64,000 nucleotides of DNA. Source: an uncultured bacterium (GTDB lineage Bacteria > Desulfobacterota_D > UBA1144 > Nemesobacterales > UBA2774). Below the pieces are notes generated by a model. It was not told the DNA's origin, ran no database searches, and saw only the letters and a list, made by a program, of their open reading frames with translations. The position numbers and the translations under genes were made by a program. Below, piece by piece: positions 50,938 to 60,380 of this stretch (positions are counted from its first letter, which is position 1; each line of letters begins with the position of its first letter). Where the stretch lies: contig CAVPJU010000003.1 in assembly GCA_963705505.1 (NCBI GenBank), positions 64,001-128,000 on the forward strand, read 5' to 3'.

Positions 50938-52691
50938 TCCTGACCTCCCAAGATTTGTTTGAATGAATGCACGTCAGGCGGAGGGTTCGTAGTCCCGGGC
51001 GGTGTAACGTCCGGGGCCTCCGGCTCCGCGACACGCCCTCCGGCGAGTATAAAGCTGAAATCGGTCCCCGCCTCCTGCGCTGCACCGTGACAGCCCATAC
51101 ATCCGCCCATGTTAAAGGTGCTCTGCAGATTCCCCTCGTTATCGAAACTAAGCACATTCTGGTAGGTGAGTCTGTCCGGATCGAAGTTGTTGAAGTTAGG
51201 GGGCAGATTTGTAGGCGGTCCCCCGTCAGCCGGCATATCGAAGTAGATGCGTCCGCCGAAATTCTGGAGAGAATAATCCGTTTCAATCACAATGTTGTTC
51301 GTATAATAGACAGCGTCACCGAAGTTGCTGTCGGGGTCGGTATCGTTCACGCGCGTAATATCGAAAGGCACCCATTGCACGTTCGTAAGCCTGTAATTGA
51401 GCCATACGGAAGGTTCGATGCCGTTTGAAACACCGTATTCCGCGATGACATCGTGCGCCAGTCTGTTGATTTCAACCACTGTCGGGGGGATCGTATGGTC
51501 GCGCTCATTCACGCATATATCGCCGCCTGAGGGCAACCCGCCGTTTGCGGCAATTTCGTGATAATAGAGCCTGTCGCCTATATTTTCACAGTATTGATCC
51601 CCCACTATGTCGAGCATAGGAGGGTTTCCGTCCGTATAGGTGAGGGCAGGCGTGGTCTTGGCGGGAGCGGGATTGATTATTTCGCCGTTCTCATTTTCCA
51701 CAGGCGCTCCGTCCGGCGTGAGGAGGTTATCCGTCTGCTCGAATGTAGCGTATATCCACCACGGGGCGGAGGGGGTCTTATGTATTATATGGAGTCCTAT
51801 GAGCCCCCATACAGCTTCCCTGTAGCACGCCTGGTTCGGGTCCTGGCTGTCCTGCTCGTAATACCTGACCCTGGTCTGGTAAAACCTGCCGCTGTCTTTC
51901 TCAGCCGGGGTCAACTCGCGGAAAGCCGCCTTTACCTCGATCGTGCCCGGAGGGAAACTGATTACAGGACCCTGAAGCTGCGACGGGTCTCCGTTGCCGT
52001 TTGCAACCTGCTGAAAATTCTGCGCCAGGTCCCAGTAAGGCTCATCCGACGGCGCGGGTGTGTGGCTGAATAAGGACGTAACCGGATCGACGACATAGAC
52101 GTACTCCCCGAGGTTGCCCTTCGCAAGGAAGCGGACAAGCTTGGGGTCGTCGTTAGACGCCGAATTGTCCGGAGCCGATCCGGCGAACATGCTGGCAAGA
52201 CCGATTTGAGAAATCTCATCCAGATTTACCCAGGCGGGCTCCGCCGCAGGGGTTTGTCCTTCACACGGCTCTACTTCCCCGTCAGCATATACATATTTCG
52301 GAGGGACATCGTTATACCCGAAGCTCTGTGCGGGATCGTTTACAAAACCGTGAGGGTTGCCCTTTCCGGGATATATCTCCACTTTCCCCCTGTATGTCTG
52401 CCACACCAATGGTCCGGTAAAATTCGGGTCGCCGAACAACTCGTTCTCATCGGGGGTATCCCGCGTCCCCCCGAGCGCAGGCCAGCTGAGGGCAATGAAC
52501 TCCTGCCATGCGAAAATGGAGGAACTCCTCAGATCGGCATTGGGAGCACCGCCTTTGATGTCGGAGGGAACCTCGGAAATAATCCGGATGACAGATTCAC
52601 TCTGATTACTATTGTCGCAACCGCCTAAGCTCCCGAAAACAATGAATATAATTACAGCGCAAAATAGAATCATCTTTCCCGAAATGTTCAT
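50934..52691 (-). CDS. Lipoprotein with a single C-terminal heme c motif (uncharacterised cytochrome c family)
   Basis: Lipobox LGGC; FAWQEFIALSWP, GLHIIHKT..W..ATFE, CMGCH and DFSF motifs. Confidence 0.75.
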   Translation of the reverse strand: MNISGKMILFCAVIIFIVFGSLGGCDNSNQSESVIRIISEVPSDIKGGAPNADLRSSSIFAWQEFIALSWPALGGTRDTPDENELFGDPNFTGPLVWQTYRGKVEIYPGKGNPHGFVNDPAQSFGYNDVPPKYVYADGEVEPCEGQTPAAEPAWVNLDEISQIGLASMFAGSAPDNSASNDDPKLVRFLAKGNLGEYVYVVDPVTSLFSHTPAPSDEPYWDLAQNFQQVANGNGDPSQLQGPVISFPPGTIEVKAAFRELTPAEKDSGRFYQTRVRYYEQDSQDPNQACYREAVWGLIGLHIIHKTPSAPWWIYATFEQTDNLLTPDGAPVENENGEIINPAPAKTTPALTYTDGNPPMLDIVGDQYCENIGDRLYYHEIAANGGLPSGGDICVNERDHTIPPTVVEINRLAHDVIAEYGVSNGIEPSVWLNYRLTNVQWVPFDITRVNDTDPDSNFGDAVYYTNNIVIETDYSLQNFGGRIYFDMPADGGPPTNLPPNFNNFDPDRLTYQNVLSFDNEGNLQSTFNMGGCMGCHGAAQEAGTDFSFILAGGRVAEPEAPDVTPPGTTNPPPDVHSFKQILGGQE

Positions 52692-52928
52692 CTTTCACTC
52701 CTTTAAAGATTTTATGAATTTTTTATGCTCATATACATAGATTTATGAGGAAGTATAGTGACGTTTTTTTCTCGGAACCAAATTATTTTTAGAGCCTATA
52801 ATCTTAAGATTCGGCAATTTCCATCCGTTTATCCCGACTCGTGTACCGGGCGCAGGCTCGAGAAAAGAGGTTCCCCATCCGGTTCCGTAAACATTGTTAC
52901 GGCATGAACAGATGATAGAATTACGCTC

Positions 52929-53580
52929 ATGGTCAGCGTTCAGGTTATCGACGAATTAAAATCGGAATATTCGCGCAGGAAAGATTCGATCAAGACGCAG
53001 CTCGACGAGTTTAAGAAAACCCGCGAGGATGCCGACGACAGGAGGATATTCGAGGAGCTCGCCTTCTGCATCCTGACGTCCGCGGTGGGGCCGAGGGTCG
53101 GACTCAAGTCTCTCGAAGCGATTAAAGATATTCTTCTCGACAGCGGCGAGGAGGGGATCGAAGGGAGACTCAAAGGGAATCCACAAGTACCCCGAAAAAG
53201 CATATTACATAGTCCACACGCGGGACTATCTCAGAAACGAATACGGTCTTAAGCTCCGGGACCTCGTCGACTCGTTTAAAGACCCGGAGGAAAGGAGAGA
53301 CTTTTTCGCTCTGAATAAAAATATCAAGGGCCTCGGATTCACTCAGGCGAGCCACTTTCTGAGAAACATAGGCTTCACCGGATATGCGATACTCGATAAA
53401 AACGTGGTCAGATCGCTTTATGACCTGGGAGTTCTAGACTCGCCGAAGCCGCCTACGACAAAAAAGAAATACATTGAGATAGAGAATAGAATGAAATCAT
53501 TAGCCGGCGAGCTCGGAATGGATGTGGAAGAGCTGGACATGCTCCTCTGGAGTATGAAGACAGGGAGAATCCCGGTTTGA
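52929..53580 (+). CDS. OGG2-type N-glycosylase/DNA lyase homologue, frameshift at ~53176
   Basis: FEELAFCILT; the second frame gives IKGLGFTQASHFLRNIG..AILDKN...ELDMLLWSMKTG. Confidence 0.8.
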
Positions 53581-53612
53581 CTACGGGACTATTCATCCAG
53601 GGAGCGAATCAT

Positions 53613-54281
53613 TTAAGGCCCGAGCTCAATGAATACCTCAGCGTACTCCATTATGCTGACCCCTGAAGTCTCATCGAACACGGCTCTATACCTGTTGAGC
53701 CCCGCCATCCCCTCTGTGTAGTTCTTGTACTCGGTCTGGCTCCTGTGGGCGTCTATCGCGGCTGACTTTATATGCATATGAAGCGATATGTCTTCTATCC
53801 TGTCGTAGGCAGGGAAAGGGGTCCAGACCTCGTAGCACCAGATTTTAAAGGAAGGGGAAAGAACGCCCGAAGGCAGGGCCCTCACCGTCTCAAGCGCTAT
53901 GGAGGACACAGCCCTGTGAGTCGGGTGTTTGTCGATTTCGGGATGAGGCATATAGATTTCATCGGGCTTGAACCTCTTCAAAGCTCCGCTCAGCTCGGAT
54001 TTATATTGTTTCCGATTCTCCTCGCTATTCACATCCGTAAGCCTCAAAAGTATAAGGTATTCGACACCCAGGATGCCGACCGCTTCCCTGACCTCGGACT
54101 CCCTCAGCTCCGCGACTTCATCCTCGCTGAGACCGTAAATGCTCGTACTCCTCCTGCCGTCCGTGACGACAAGAGACACGAGGTTCACTCCGCTGTCGGC
54201 GAGCTTGGCAGCAGTACCGCCCATGCCTATTTCCAGATCGTCGGGGTGGGGGGATATTACAATGACGTTCCTTTCCGGCAT
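53613..54281 (-). CDS. PIG-L family deacetylase
   Basis: PHPDDLE, HPTH and HRSQ motifs. Confidence 0.9.
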   Translation of the reverse strand: MPERNVIVISPHPDDLEIGMGGTAAKLADSGVNLVSLVVTDGRRSTSIYGLSEDEVAELRESEVREAVGILGVEYLILLRLTDVNSEENRKQYKSELSGALKRFKPDEIYMPHPEIDKHPTHRAVSSIALETVRALPSGVLSPSFKIWCYEVWTPFPAYDRIEDISLHMHIKSAAIDAHRSQTEYKNYTEGMAGLNRYRAVFDETSGVSIMEYAEVFIELGP

Positions 54282-54351
54282 GGTCTTAGTATTCCTTGAC
54301 AATTCCCTCTTATCAATCACCATTAATTTAACTGAAAGGAGATTTAAGGAA

Positions 54352-55779
54352 ATGGAATACGAACCGGTTATAGGGCTTGAGGTTCACGCCCAGCTCGAGA
54401 CTAAATCAAAAATATTTTCACCTGCTTCCACGGAATTCGGCGCCCCGCCCAACTCTCAGGTGAACCCCATATGCCTCGGAATGCCGGGCGTCCTCCCTGT
54501 TCTCAACAGGAAAGCGCTCGAGTACGCCCTCAAAGCCGCTCTCGCCCTTAACTGCGAGATACACGCCCGCTCCCGTTTCGCCCGGAAGAACTACTTTTAC
54601 CCCGACCTCCCGAAGGGCTATCAAATCTCGCAGTACGAAGAGCCGTTTTCGACGATGGGATGGCTCGAGATCGGCGGAAACGGGTCTGCAAAAAAGATAA
54701 GGATAACAAGGATACACATGGAAGAGGACGCCGGGAAGCTGATACACGAGAACACCGGAAGCTCGAGCTACGTCGATCTCAACCGCGCAGGGGTCCCGCT
54801 CATTGAAATCGTAAGCGAGCCCGAGATATCGAGCGCCGAAGAAGCAGTGCTCTATCTTAAGAAGCTCCGCTCCATCCTGAGATATATAGGTGTTTGCGAC
54901 GGCAACATGGAGGAAGGGAGCCTGAGGTGCGACGCGAACGTGTCCGTCCGCCCGAAGGGGAGTAAAACGCTCGGCACGAAAGTCGAGATAAAAAACGTCA
55001 ATTCGTTCAAGTTCATACATAAAGCCATAGAATACGAGATAAGGAGGCAGGTTTCGGTCGTCGAGAGCGGCGGAAAGGTAGTACAGGAAACGAGACTCTT
55101 CGACGCGAACAAGGGAGTCACGTTCTCGATGAGGACGAAGGAGGAAGCGCACGACTACAGGTATTTCCCCGACCCCGATTTGCTCCCGGTCGTCATTGAG
55201 AAGGAAATGATCGAAGAGCTGAGGGCGTCACTCCCCGAATTGCCGGATCAAAGACTCAAAAGATTTACCGAAGAGTACGGGCTCCCGCAATACGATGCGG
55301 TCGTGCTTACCGCGTCAAAGGAGATCGCGGACTACTTCGAAGAATGCCTCAAGGATTACAACAACCCCAAGGCCGTGAGCAACTGGATAATGACAGAGGT
55401 GATGAGGGAGATGAAGGACGAGGAAGATTCCGGGGAGATCCCTGTCAGTCCCCGGAATCTCTCCGAGCTTCTCCGGCTGATCGATGACGGGACAATAAGC
55501 GGGAAGATCGCCAAGGATGTCTTTCTCGACATGGTTTCGACCGGCAAGACAGCAAAGGAGATCGTCGAGGAAAAGGGTATAAAGCAGATATCCGACAGGG
55601 GCGAGCTCGAAACTATAATAGCCGGGATATTGAAGAACCACCCCGGAGAAATCTCCAGATATAAGGCCGGGGACGAGAAGCTTATCTCGTTTTTCGTCGG
55701 CAAGGTCATGAAGGCGACTCAGGGGAAGGCAAACCCCAAGGTCGTGAACGAGATATTGATGGGAGAGCTCTCGAAATAA
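54352..55779 (+). CDS. gatB: Asp-tRNA(Asn)/Glu-tRNA(Gln) amidotransferase subunit B
   Basis: [26 protein letters not shown] and [10 protein letters not shown] motifs. Confidence 0.97.
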   Translation: MEYEPVIGLEVHAQLETKSKIFSPASTEFGAPPNSQVNPICLGMPGVLPVLNRKALEYALKAALALNCEIHARSRFARKNYFYPDLPKGYQISQYEEPFSTMGWLEIGGNGSAKKIRITRIHMEEDAGKLIHENTGSSSYVDLNRAGVPLIEIVSEPEISSAEEAVLYLKKLRSILRYIGVCDGNMEEGSLRCDANVSVRPKGSKTLGTKVEIKNVNSFKFIHKAIEYEIRRQVSVVESGGKVVQETRLFDANKGVTFSMRTKEEAHDYRYFPDPDLLPVVIEKEMIEELRASLPELPDQRLKRFTEEYGLPQYDAVVLTASKEIADYFEECLKDYNNPKAVSNWIMTEVMREMKDEEDSGEIPVSPRNLSELLRLIDDGTISGKIAKDVFLDMVSTGKTAKEIVEEKGIKQISDRGELETIIAGILKNHPGEISRYKAGDEKLISFFVGKVMKATQGKANPKVVNEILMGELSK

Positions 55780-55828
55780 AGCGCTCCGGCTGATTCAGAA
55801 TTAGGTACCGCGATTTTCTTTAAGAGAC

Positions 55829-56953
55829 TCAGACTTTATATTTACTGAGCTCGAACATGAGATGCTTCAGATATTCCGAACCCGAACCTGCGACCTGCTT
55901 TTTGATGTTTTTCCATTCATCGATGGGAATTTTTACAAACACGCCGATAACTGCCGGATCGAACTGGGAGCCCGAAGCCTCGGCTATCATCTGCACGGCA
56001 TCCTCGAACGGAAGCGCCTTTCTGTACGTCCTTCTGGAGGTCATCGCGTCAAGGGCGTCCACCACTGAGAATACCCTCGAGCCGAGCGGTATCTCATCTC
56101 CGGAAAGCCCGGTCGGATACCCCTGACCGTCATACCTCTCATGATGCGTGTGCACTATCCTCGCCGATTCCTCGAGGAAGTCTATTTTCTTGAGGAGATC
56201 GTAACCGAATTGCGCGTGCTTCCTCATCAATTCCCACTCTTCGTCCGTAAGCTTGTCCGGTTTGAGGAGAATATTGTCAGGGACCCCGATCTTCCCGATA
56301 TCGTGGAGGAGAGCGCCCTTTGCTATTACCGATAACTCCTCGTCGCTCAGCTTCATGTGTTTTCCGAGATTAATGGCGTATTCGGTAACCCTGTAGGAGT
56401 GATAGCCCGTTTCGTGCTCCCTCAGGTCGAGTGCGAGTATCATGGCTTCGAGCGTTCCGGAATATAGACTCACGAGCTCCTGTGTTTGCTCCTCGACCCT
56501 CTTCTCGAGGTTCTTCTGATAATCCTTGTTCGCTTTTATGAGATACGCCCTTTCGAGGGCACGCTTTATGACCGCGTCGACATCGATCACGTTGAACGGC
56601 TTGAAAACGTAATCGTATGCGCCCTCTTTCAAAGCCGCCCTTACGTTTTCTATATCCCGTGACGCGGACACCATTATAATAGAGAGGTCGGGCGAGTGCA
56701 CTTTCAGCTTTTTCAGGGTCTCTATGCCGTTGAGCACCGGCATTTGAATGTCGAGGAGAACAACGTCGTAGTCGTTCATGCGGTAGAACTTCTCGAGGCA
56801 CTCAAGACCGTTCCTGGCGACGTCGCATTTATATCCCAGATCCTGGAGAGCTTCCACGAAAAGACTCCTTATAGCGTCCTCATCGTCCACTATAAGAATC
56901 TTCTTTTTGGCCGATCTCCCCGCATCCTGTGATATTTTTGTGGCCATTCCCAT
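55829..56953 (-). CDS. Response regulator with HD-GYP c-di-GMP phosphodiesterase domain
   Basis: REC domain (VDD, LLD, KPF) plus HS.RV, LHDIGK and HHERYDGQGYP. Confidence 0.92.
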   Translation of the reverse strand: MGMATKISQDAGRSAKKKILIVDDEDAIRSLFVEALQDLGYKCDVARNGLECLEKFYRMNDYDVVLLDIQMPVLNGIETLKKLKVHSPDLSIIMVSASRDIENVRAALKEGAYDYVFKPFNVIDVDAVIKRALERAYLIKANKDYQKNLEKRVEEQTQELVSLYSGTLEAMILALDLREHETGYHSYRVTEYAINLGKHMKLSDEELSVIAKGALLHDIGKIGVPDNILLKPDKLTDEEWELMRKHAQFGYDLLKKIDFLEESARIVHTHHERYDGQGYPTGLSGDEIPLGSRVFSVVDALDAMTSRRTYRKALPFEDAVQMIAEASGSQFDPAVIGVFVKIPIDEWKNIKKQVAGSGSEYLKHLMFELSKYKV

Positions 56954-57159
56954 AATAACACTAATTGATACAGCCAGTGTCCCCTATTATCAAGCATTTT
57001 TTAATGCCGTATTTCGCCCTTTTCCGCGATTTGAGATGCAACAGAAGCACTGCCGAAACCCGTCGCCCGGATGGGTGTGCTTTCATTCCCCTTATACTAT
57101 AAATATACTGTAAAAAGTTTGACACGTGCATTTTTAGTATGTATTTTCCAACCGAATTT

Positions 57160-58284
57160 ATGAAAAAAGCGACTCTGGTAATCGAGGACGGTACTGTTTT
57201 CGAGGGTTTCAGCTTCGGCGCCGAAGGTGAAGCTTACGGGGAGGTCGTATTCAATACCTCCATAACCGGCTATCAGGAGATACTTACCGATCCCTCTTAC
57301 AACGGTCAGATAGTAACCATGACCTACCCGGAGATAGGGAACTACGGAGTCAACCCGGAGGACGTTGAATCGAGGAAGCCTTTCTTAAAGGGCTTCGTCG
57401 TTAAAGAATATTGGAGGGAGCCGTCCAACTGGCGCTCCCGCGGCAGTCTCGGCACCTATCTCTCGGATAACGGGGTCGTAGGGATCGAAGGTGTGGACAC
57501 AAGGTCCCTGACGAAGCTCATACGCTCCAAGGGGGCCCAGAAGGCCGTCATCTCGACTACGGACGCCGACCCCGACAGCTTATTGAAGAAGGTGCGCGCT
57601 TCTCAGGGGATAGTGGGGATCGACCTCGTGACGGAAGTGAGCTGCGATAACCCTTACACGTGGAGTGACGGAACAGGGGCCTGGAGACCGGACTCCGAAA
57701 AACTCCCGGGGGACGAGAACCGTTTCAGGGTTGTCGCCTACGACTACGGGCTCAAATACAATATCCTGCGAAAGCTCGTCGACCACGGATGCGATGTCTC
57801 GATCGTTCCTTCGAGAACGGCCCCCCACGAGATACTCTCCATGGAACCGGACGGAATATTCCTCTCGAACGGACCCGGCGATCCCGCCGCGGTAGCCTAC
57901 GCCGTGGAGAGCGTGAGGACTCTCATAGGAAAGAAGCCCATATTCGGCATCTGCCTCGGGCACCAGATATTGGGACTTGCGCTCGGCGGAAAGACGTACA
58001 AGCTGAAATTCGGACACAGGGGGGCCAATCAGCCCGTAAAGAACCTGAGAACGGGGAAGGTCGAGATCACTTCCCAGAACCACGGGTTCGCCGTCGATGC
58101 TGATAGTCTCGGAAGCGATGTGGAAGTGACTCATATCAACCTCAACGACAATACGGTAGAAGGGCTGAGACACAGGGAGCATCCGGTTTTTTCCGTTCAG
58201 TACCATCCGGAGGCATCGCCCGGCCCGCACGACTCGTCCTATCTGTTTCGGGAATTTATAAAATTAATGGAAGAAAACGGCTGA
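57160..58284 (+). CDS. carA: Carbamoyl-phosphate synthase small subunit
   Basis: [22 protein letters not shown] and QYHPE motifs. Confidence 0.97.
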   Translation: MKKATLVIEDGTVFEGFSFGAEGEAYGEVVFNTSITGYQEILTDPSYNGQIVTMTYPEIGNYGVNPEDVESRKPFLKGFVVKEYWREPSNWRSRGSLGTYLSDNGVVGIEGVDTRSLTKLIRSKGAQKAVISTTDADPDSLLKKVRASQGIVGIDLVTEVSCDNPYTWSDGTGAWRPDSEKLPGDENRFRVVAYDYGLKYNILRKLVDHGCDVSIVPSRTAPHEILSMEPDGIFLSNGPGDPAAVAYAVESVRTLIGKKPIFGICLGHQILGLALGGKTYKLKFGHRGANQPVKNLRTGKVEITSQNHGFAVDADSLGSDVEVTHINLNDNTVEGLRHREHPVFSVQYHPEASPGPHDSSYLFREFIKLMEENG

Positions 58285-58293
58285 AAAACACCG

Positions 58294-58513
58294 TCCTTCG
58301 ACAGGCTCCCGACTTCGCTAAAGCTCGCCGGACAAGCAGGACGAACGGGTTAAAAGATGAGACCCTGAAACGAGTTCAGGGTGACGAATTAATTTTGAAG
58401 GTGACACCCCCACCCTTAACCCTCCCCCCTCAAGGGGGAGGGAAATTGTTGTAATCCTTCGACAGGCTCCCGACTTCGCTAAAGCTACGCCGGACAAGCA
58501 GGACGAACGGGTT
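58294..58513. repeat. Composite REP/BIME-like region: two 58-59 bp direct repeats flanking two other hairpins
   Basis: TCCTTCGACAGGCTCCCGACTTCGCTAAAGCT(A)CGCCGGACAAGCAGGACGAACGGGTT at 58294 and 58455. Hairpins ACCCTGAA..TTCAGGGT and CCCTCCCCC..GGGGGAGGG lie between them. Confidence 0.85.
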
Positions 58514-58602
58514 GGGTTACGCTACTGGTTTGGGCAACGGAGGCGGGTAGGATCGTAGAAATACACTATGTGTGTGCGGATGCAGGTTCTTGCGCCCTTT
58601 AT

Positions 58603-60207
58603 TCAGGCCGCCCTTTGCTCAAGAACGTCCCGGGCAAGCTTCTCGGCCTTATCTATTCCGTCTACCGACTCACCGGAAATTATCTTCAGGGCTTCCTCCC
58701 CGATCTCGAGAGTGACATCGAAGTTCTTCCTCTTATTTTTCTCGAACTCGGCCAGCGGGGAAATTACGTTGTCTATAAACCTCACGAAAGCGCTCATCGT
58801 CCTCCTCCTGACCTTGCCGTATCCCTTTACCATGGCCGCGCTCTTTGCGACGAGACATCCGAGCCTGTAATCGAGCGATGTATAGTATCTTATGGAGTCC
58901 CTGTATTTCTTTATCAATGCGTGCTCTTTCTTATACCGGTAAGAGTGGGGCCTCATGAATTTCATCTTGGTTAAAAACCAGAGCCTGACGAATCCTGAAA
59001 AAGACGTAGTCGTCGGGGTCTGTCCGAAAGTGAGCGGCTTTTTTCTCGGCCAAATCTTTTTAAAAATTCCCGATTCGGTGAAACGTACCGCCGGGGCCAC
59101 AAGAAAATACGGCAGGAGGCCGTATAGCTCTTCGGCATCGGGCTTCAGGTAATCGATAACCTTGAAAACCTGATCGTCCCTTAACCTCATCTCCTCCTTT
59201 ATCCTCTTGAACCTGTCCGATTTTATCTTGAGGTCGGCGACGCGTATCCCGTCTTCAAAGCTCATGAGCAATGCCAGGTTCTTTGCGAAAGACTCGGTGA
59301 GCTTGAACCCTCCTCCCTTCGATTTCTCGTCTATTTCATAAACAGCCCTGACGTCTTCGATATATGCATCCGCATATCGAGCGTTCTGGTATTCAAGGAG
59401 CCTGAATACCGACTCCGCCAGAATCTCCCTCAGATTGGGCGGGAACCCGGTCTCGAGCTTGGAAACCCTCCCCAGGTATTCCTCCCTGTCGTACTCCTCG
59501 AGCTTATCCGCCCTCTCCTGTACGAAGCTCTCCCACACGACTGCGGGCTTTTTGAGCTCGGGAAGCTTTTGAGCAGTCACGTATTCGTATCCGACTTCGA
59601 ACGCTCTTATACTCGTCTTTACCGAGACACCAACCTTCTCGACCGATTCAACGAACGATTCCTTCCTGAGCGGCAACACGCCCGAAGCGGAAACCGCTCC
59701 GAGGAGGATCGCGTTCACCGCAAGCTCGTCCATGCCGTTTTTCTTTGACAGCTCGAGGGCGTCGAGCCCTATGAACCTCGATGAGAACGAGGAAGCCAGC
59801 TTTCTCAGGTTCTCCTCCGAATATATGCCGCTCCCTATCGGCATCTTCTCGAGCGTCGAATATATCCTGTGAGTGCTCGTAACTATGGTCGTCTTGTCCG
59901 ACCCGTAGCCCAGCTGAAGCGCCCTGCCGAGCTCGAGGAATTCCTGTGAGATAATAACGTCAACCTCGCCGGGGACCGGAAATTGCGCGAATATAATCTG
60001 CCTGTTACCGGAGTCAGTCCTGGGGTGCGCCTCCAGGTAGTAAACCGTCGATCCTCCCCGCTGTGAGAGGCCCGGAAGGCTTATACCCTGGACGTCGTAG
60101 TCCTCGAGGAAAAAAGCCTGTACCAGCCATTCTGTAAGCACCCCCCCGCCCTGTCCGCCGACAGCAGGGATGAATATTTTTATTAAATCGCTCTTATTCT
60201 GCATCAT
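58603..60207 (-). CDS. iorB: Indolepyruvate ferredoxin oxidoreductase beta subunit (long form)
   Basis: GGQGGGVL, PGLSQRGG, LMSFEDGIRVA and VKGYG motifs. Confidence 0.88.
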   Translation of the reverse strand: MMQNKSDLIKIFIPAVGGQGGGVLTEWLVQAFFLEDYDVQGISLPGLSQRGGSTVYYLEAHPRTDSGNRQIIFAQFPVPGEVDVIISQEFLELGRALQLGYGSDKTTIVTSTHRIYSTLEKMPIGSGIYSEENLRKLASSFSSRFIGLDALELSKKNGMDELAVNAILLGAVSASGVLPLRKESFVESVEKVGVSVKTSIRAFEVGYEYVTAQKLPELKKPAVVWESFVQERADKLEEYDREEYLGRVSKLETGFPPNLREILAESVFRLLEYQNARYADAYIEDVRAVYEIDEKSKGGGFKLTESFAKNLALLMSFEDGIRVADLKIKSDRFKRIKEEMRLRDDQVFKVIDYLKPDAEELYGLLPYFLVAPAVRFTESGIFKKIWPRKKPLTFGQTPTTTSFSGFVRLWFLTKMKFMRPHSYRYKKEHALIKKYRDSIRYYTSLDYRLGCLVAKSAAMVKGYGKVRRRTMSAFVRFIDNVISPLAEFEKNKRKNFDVTLEIGEEALKIISGESVDGIDKAEKLARDVLEQRAA

Positions 60208-60380
60208 AAATCATGAAACGCTGTTTTCGAGACATAGTACAACAAATTCTATACCTTAAAAAGATAATGAAAAAACTTAAAAGTTCGTATTATGAGAGAA
60301 GCGAGAGGATAAATGGTCATATTCGGCATCCCTCCAAATCGGAACTTCTCATTAAGGAACCGGCACGCGGAGCGGCCTGT

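Noticed and set aside
58294..58513. CRISPR array
   Set aside because: Only two 58-59 bp repeats, a ~100-bp spacer made of other hairpins, and no cas genes.
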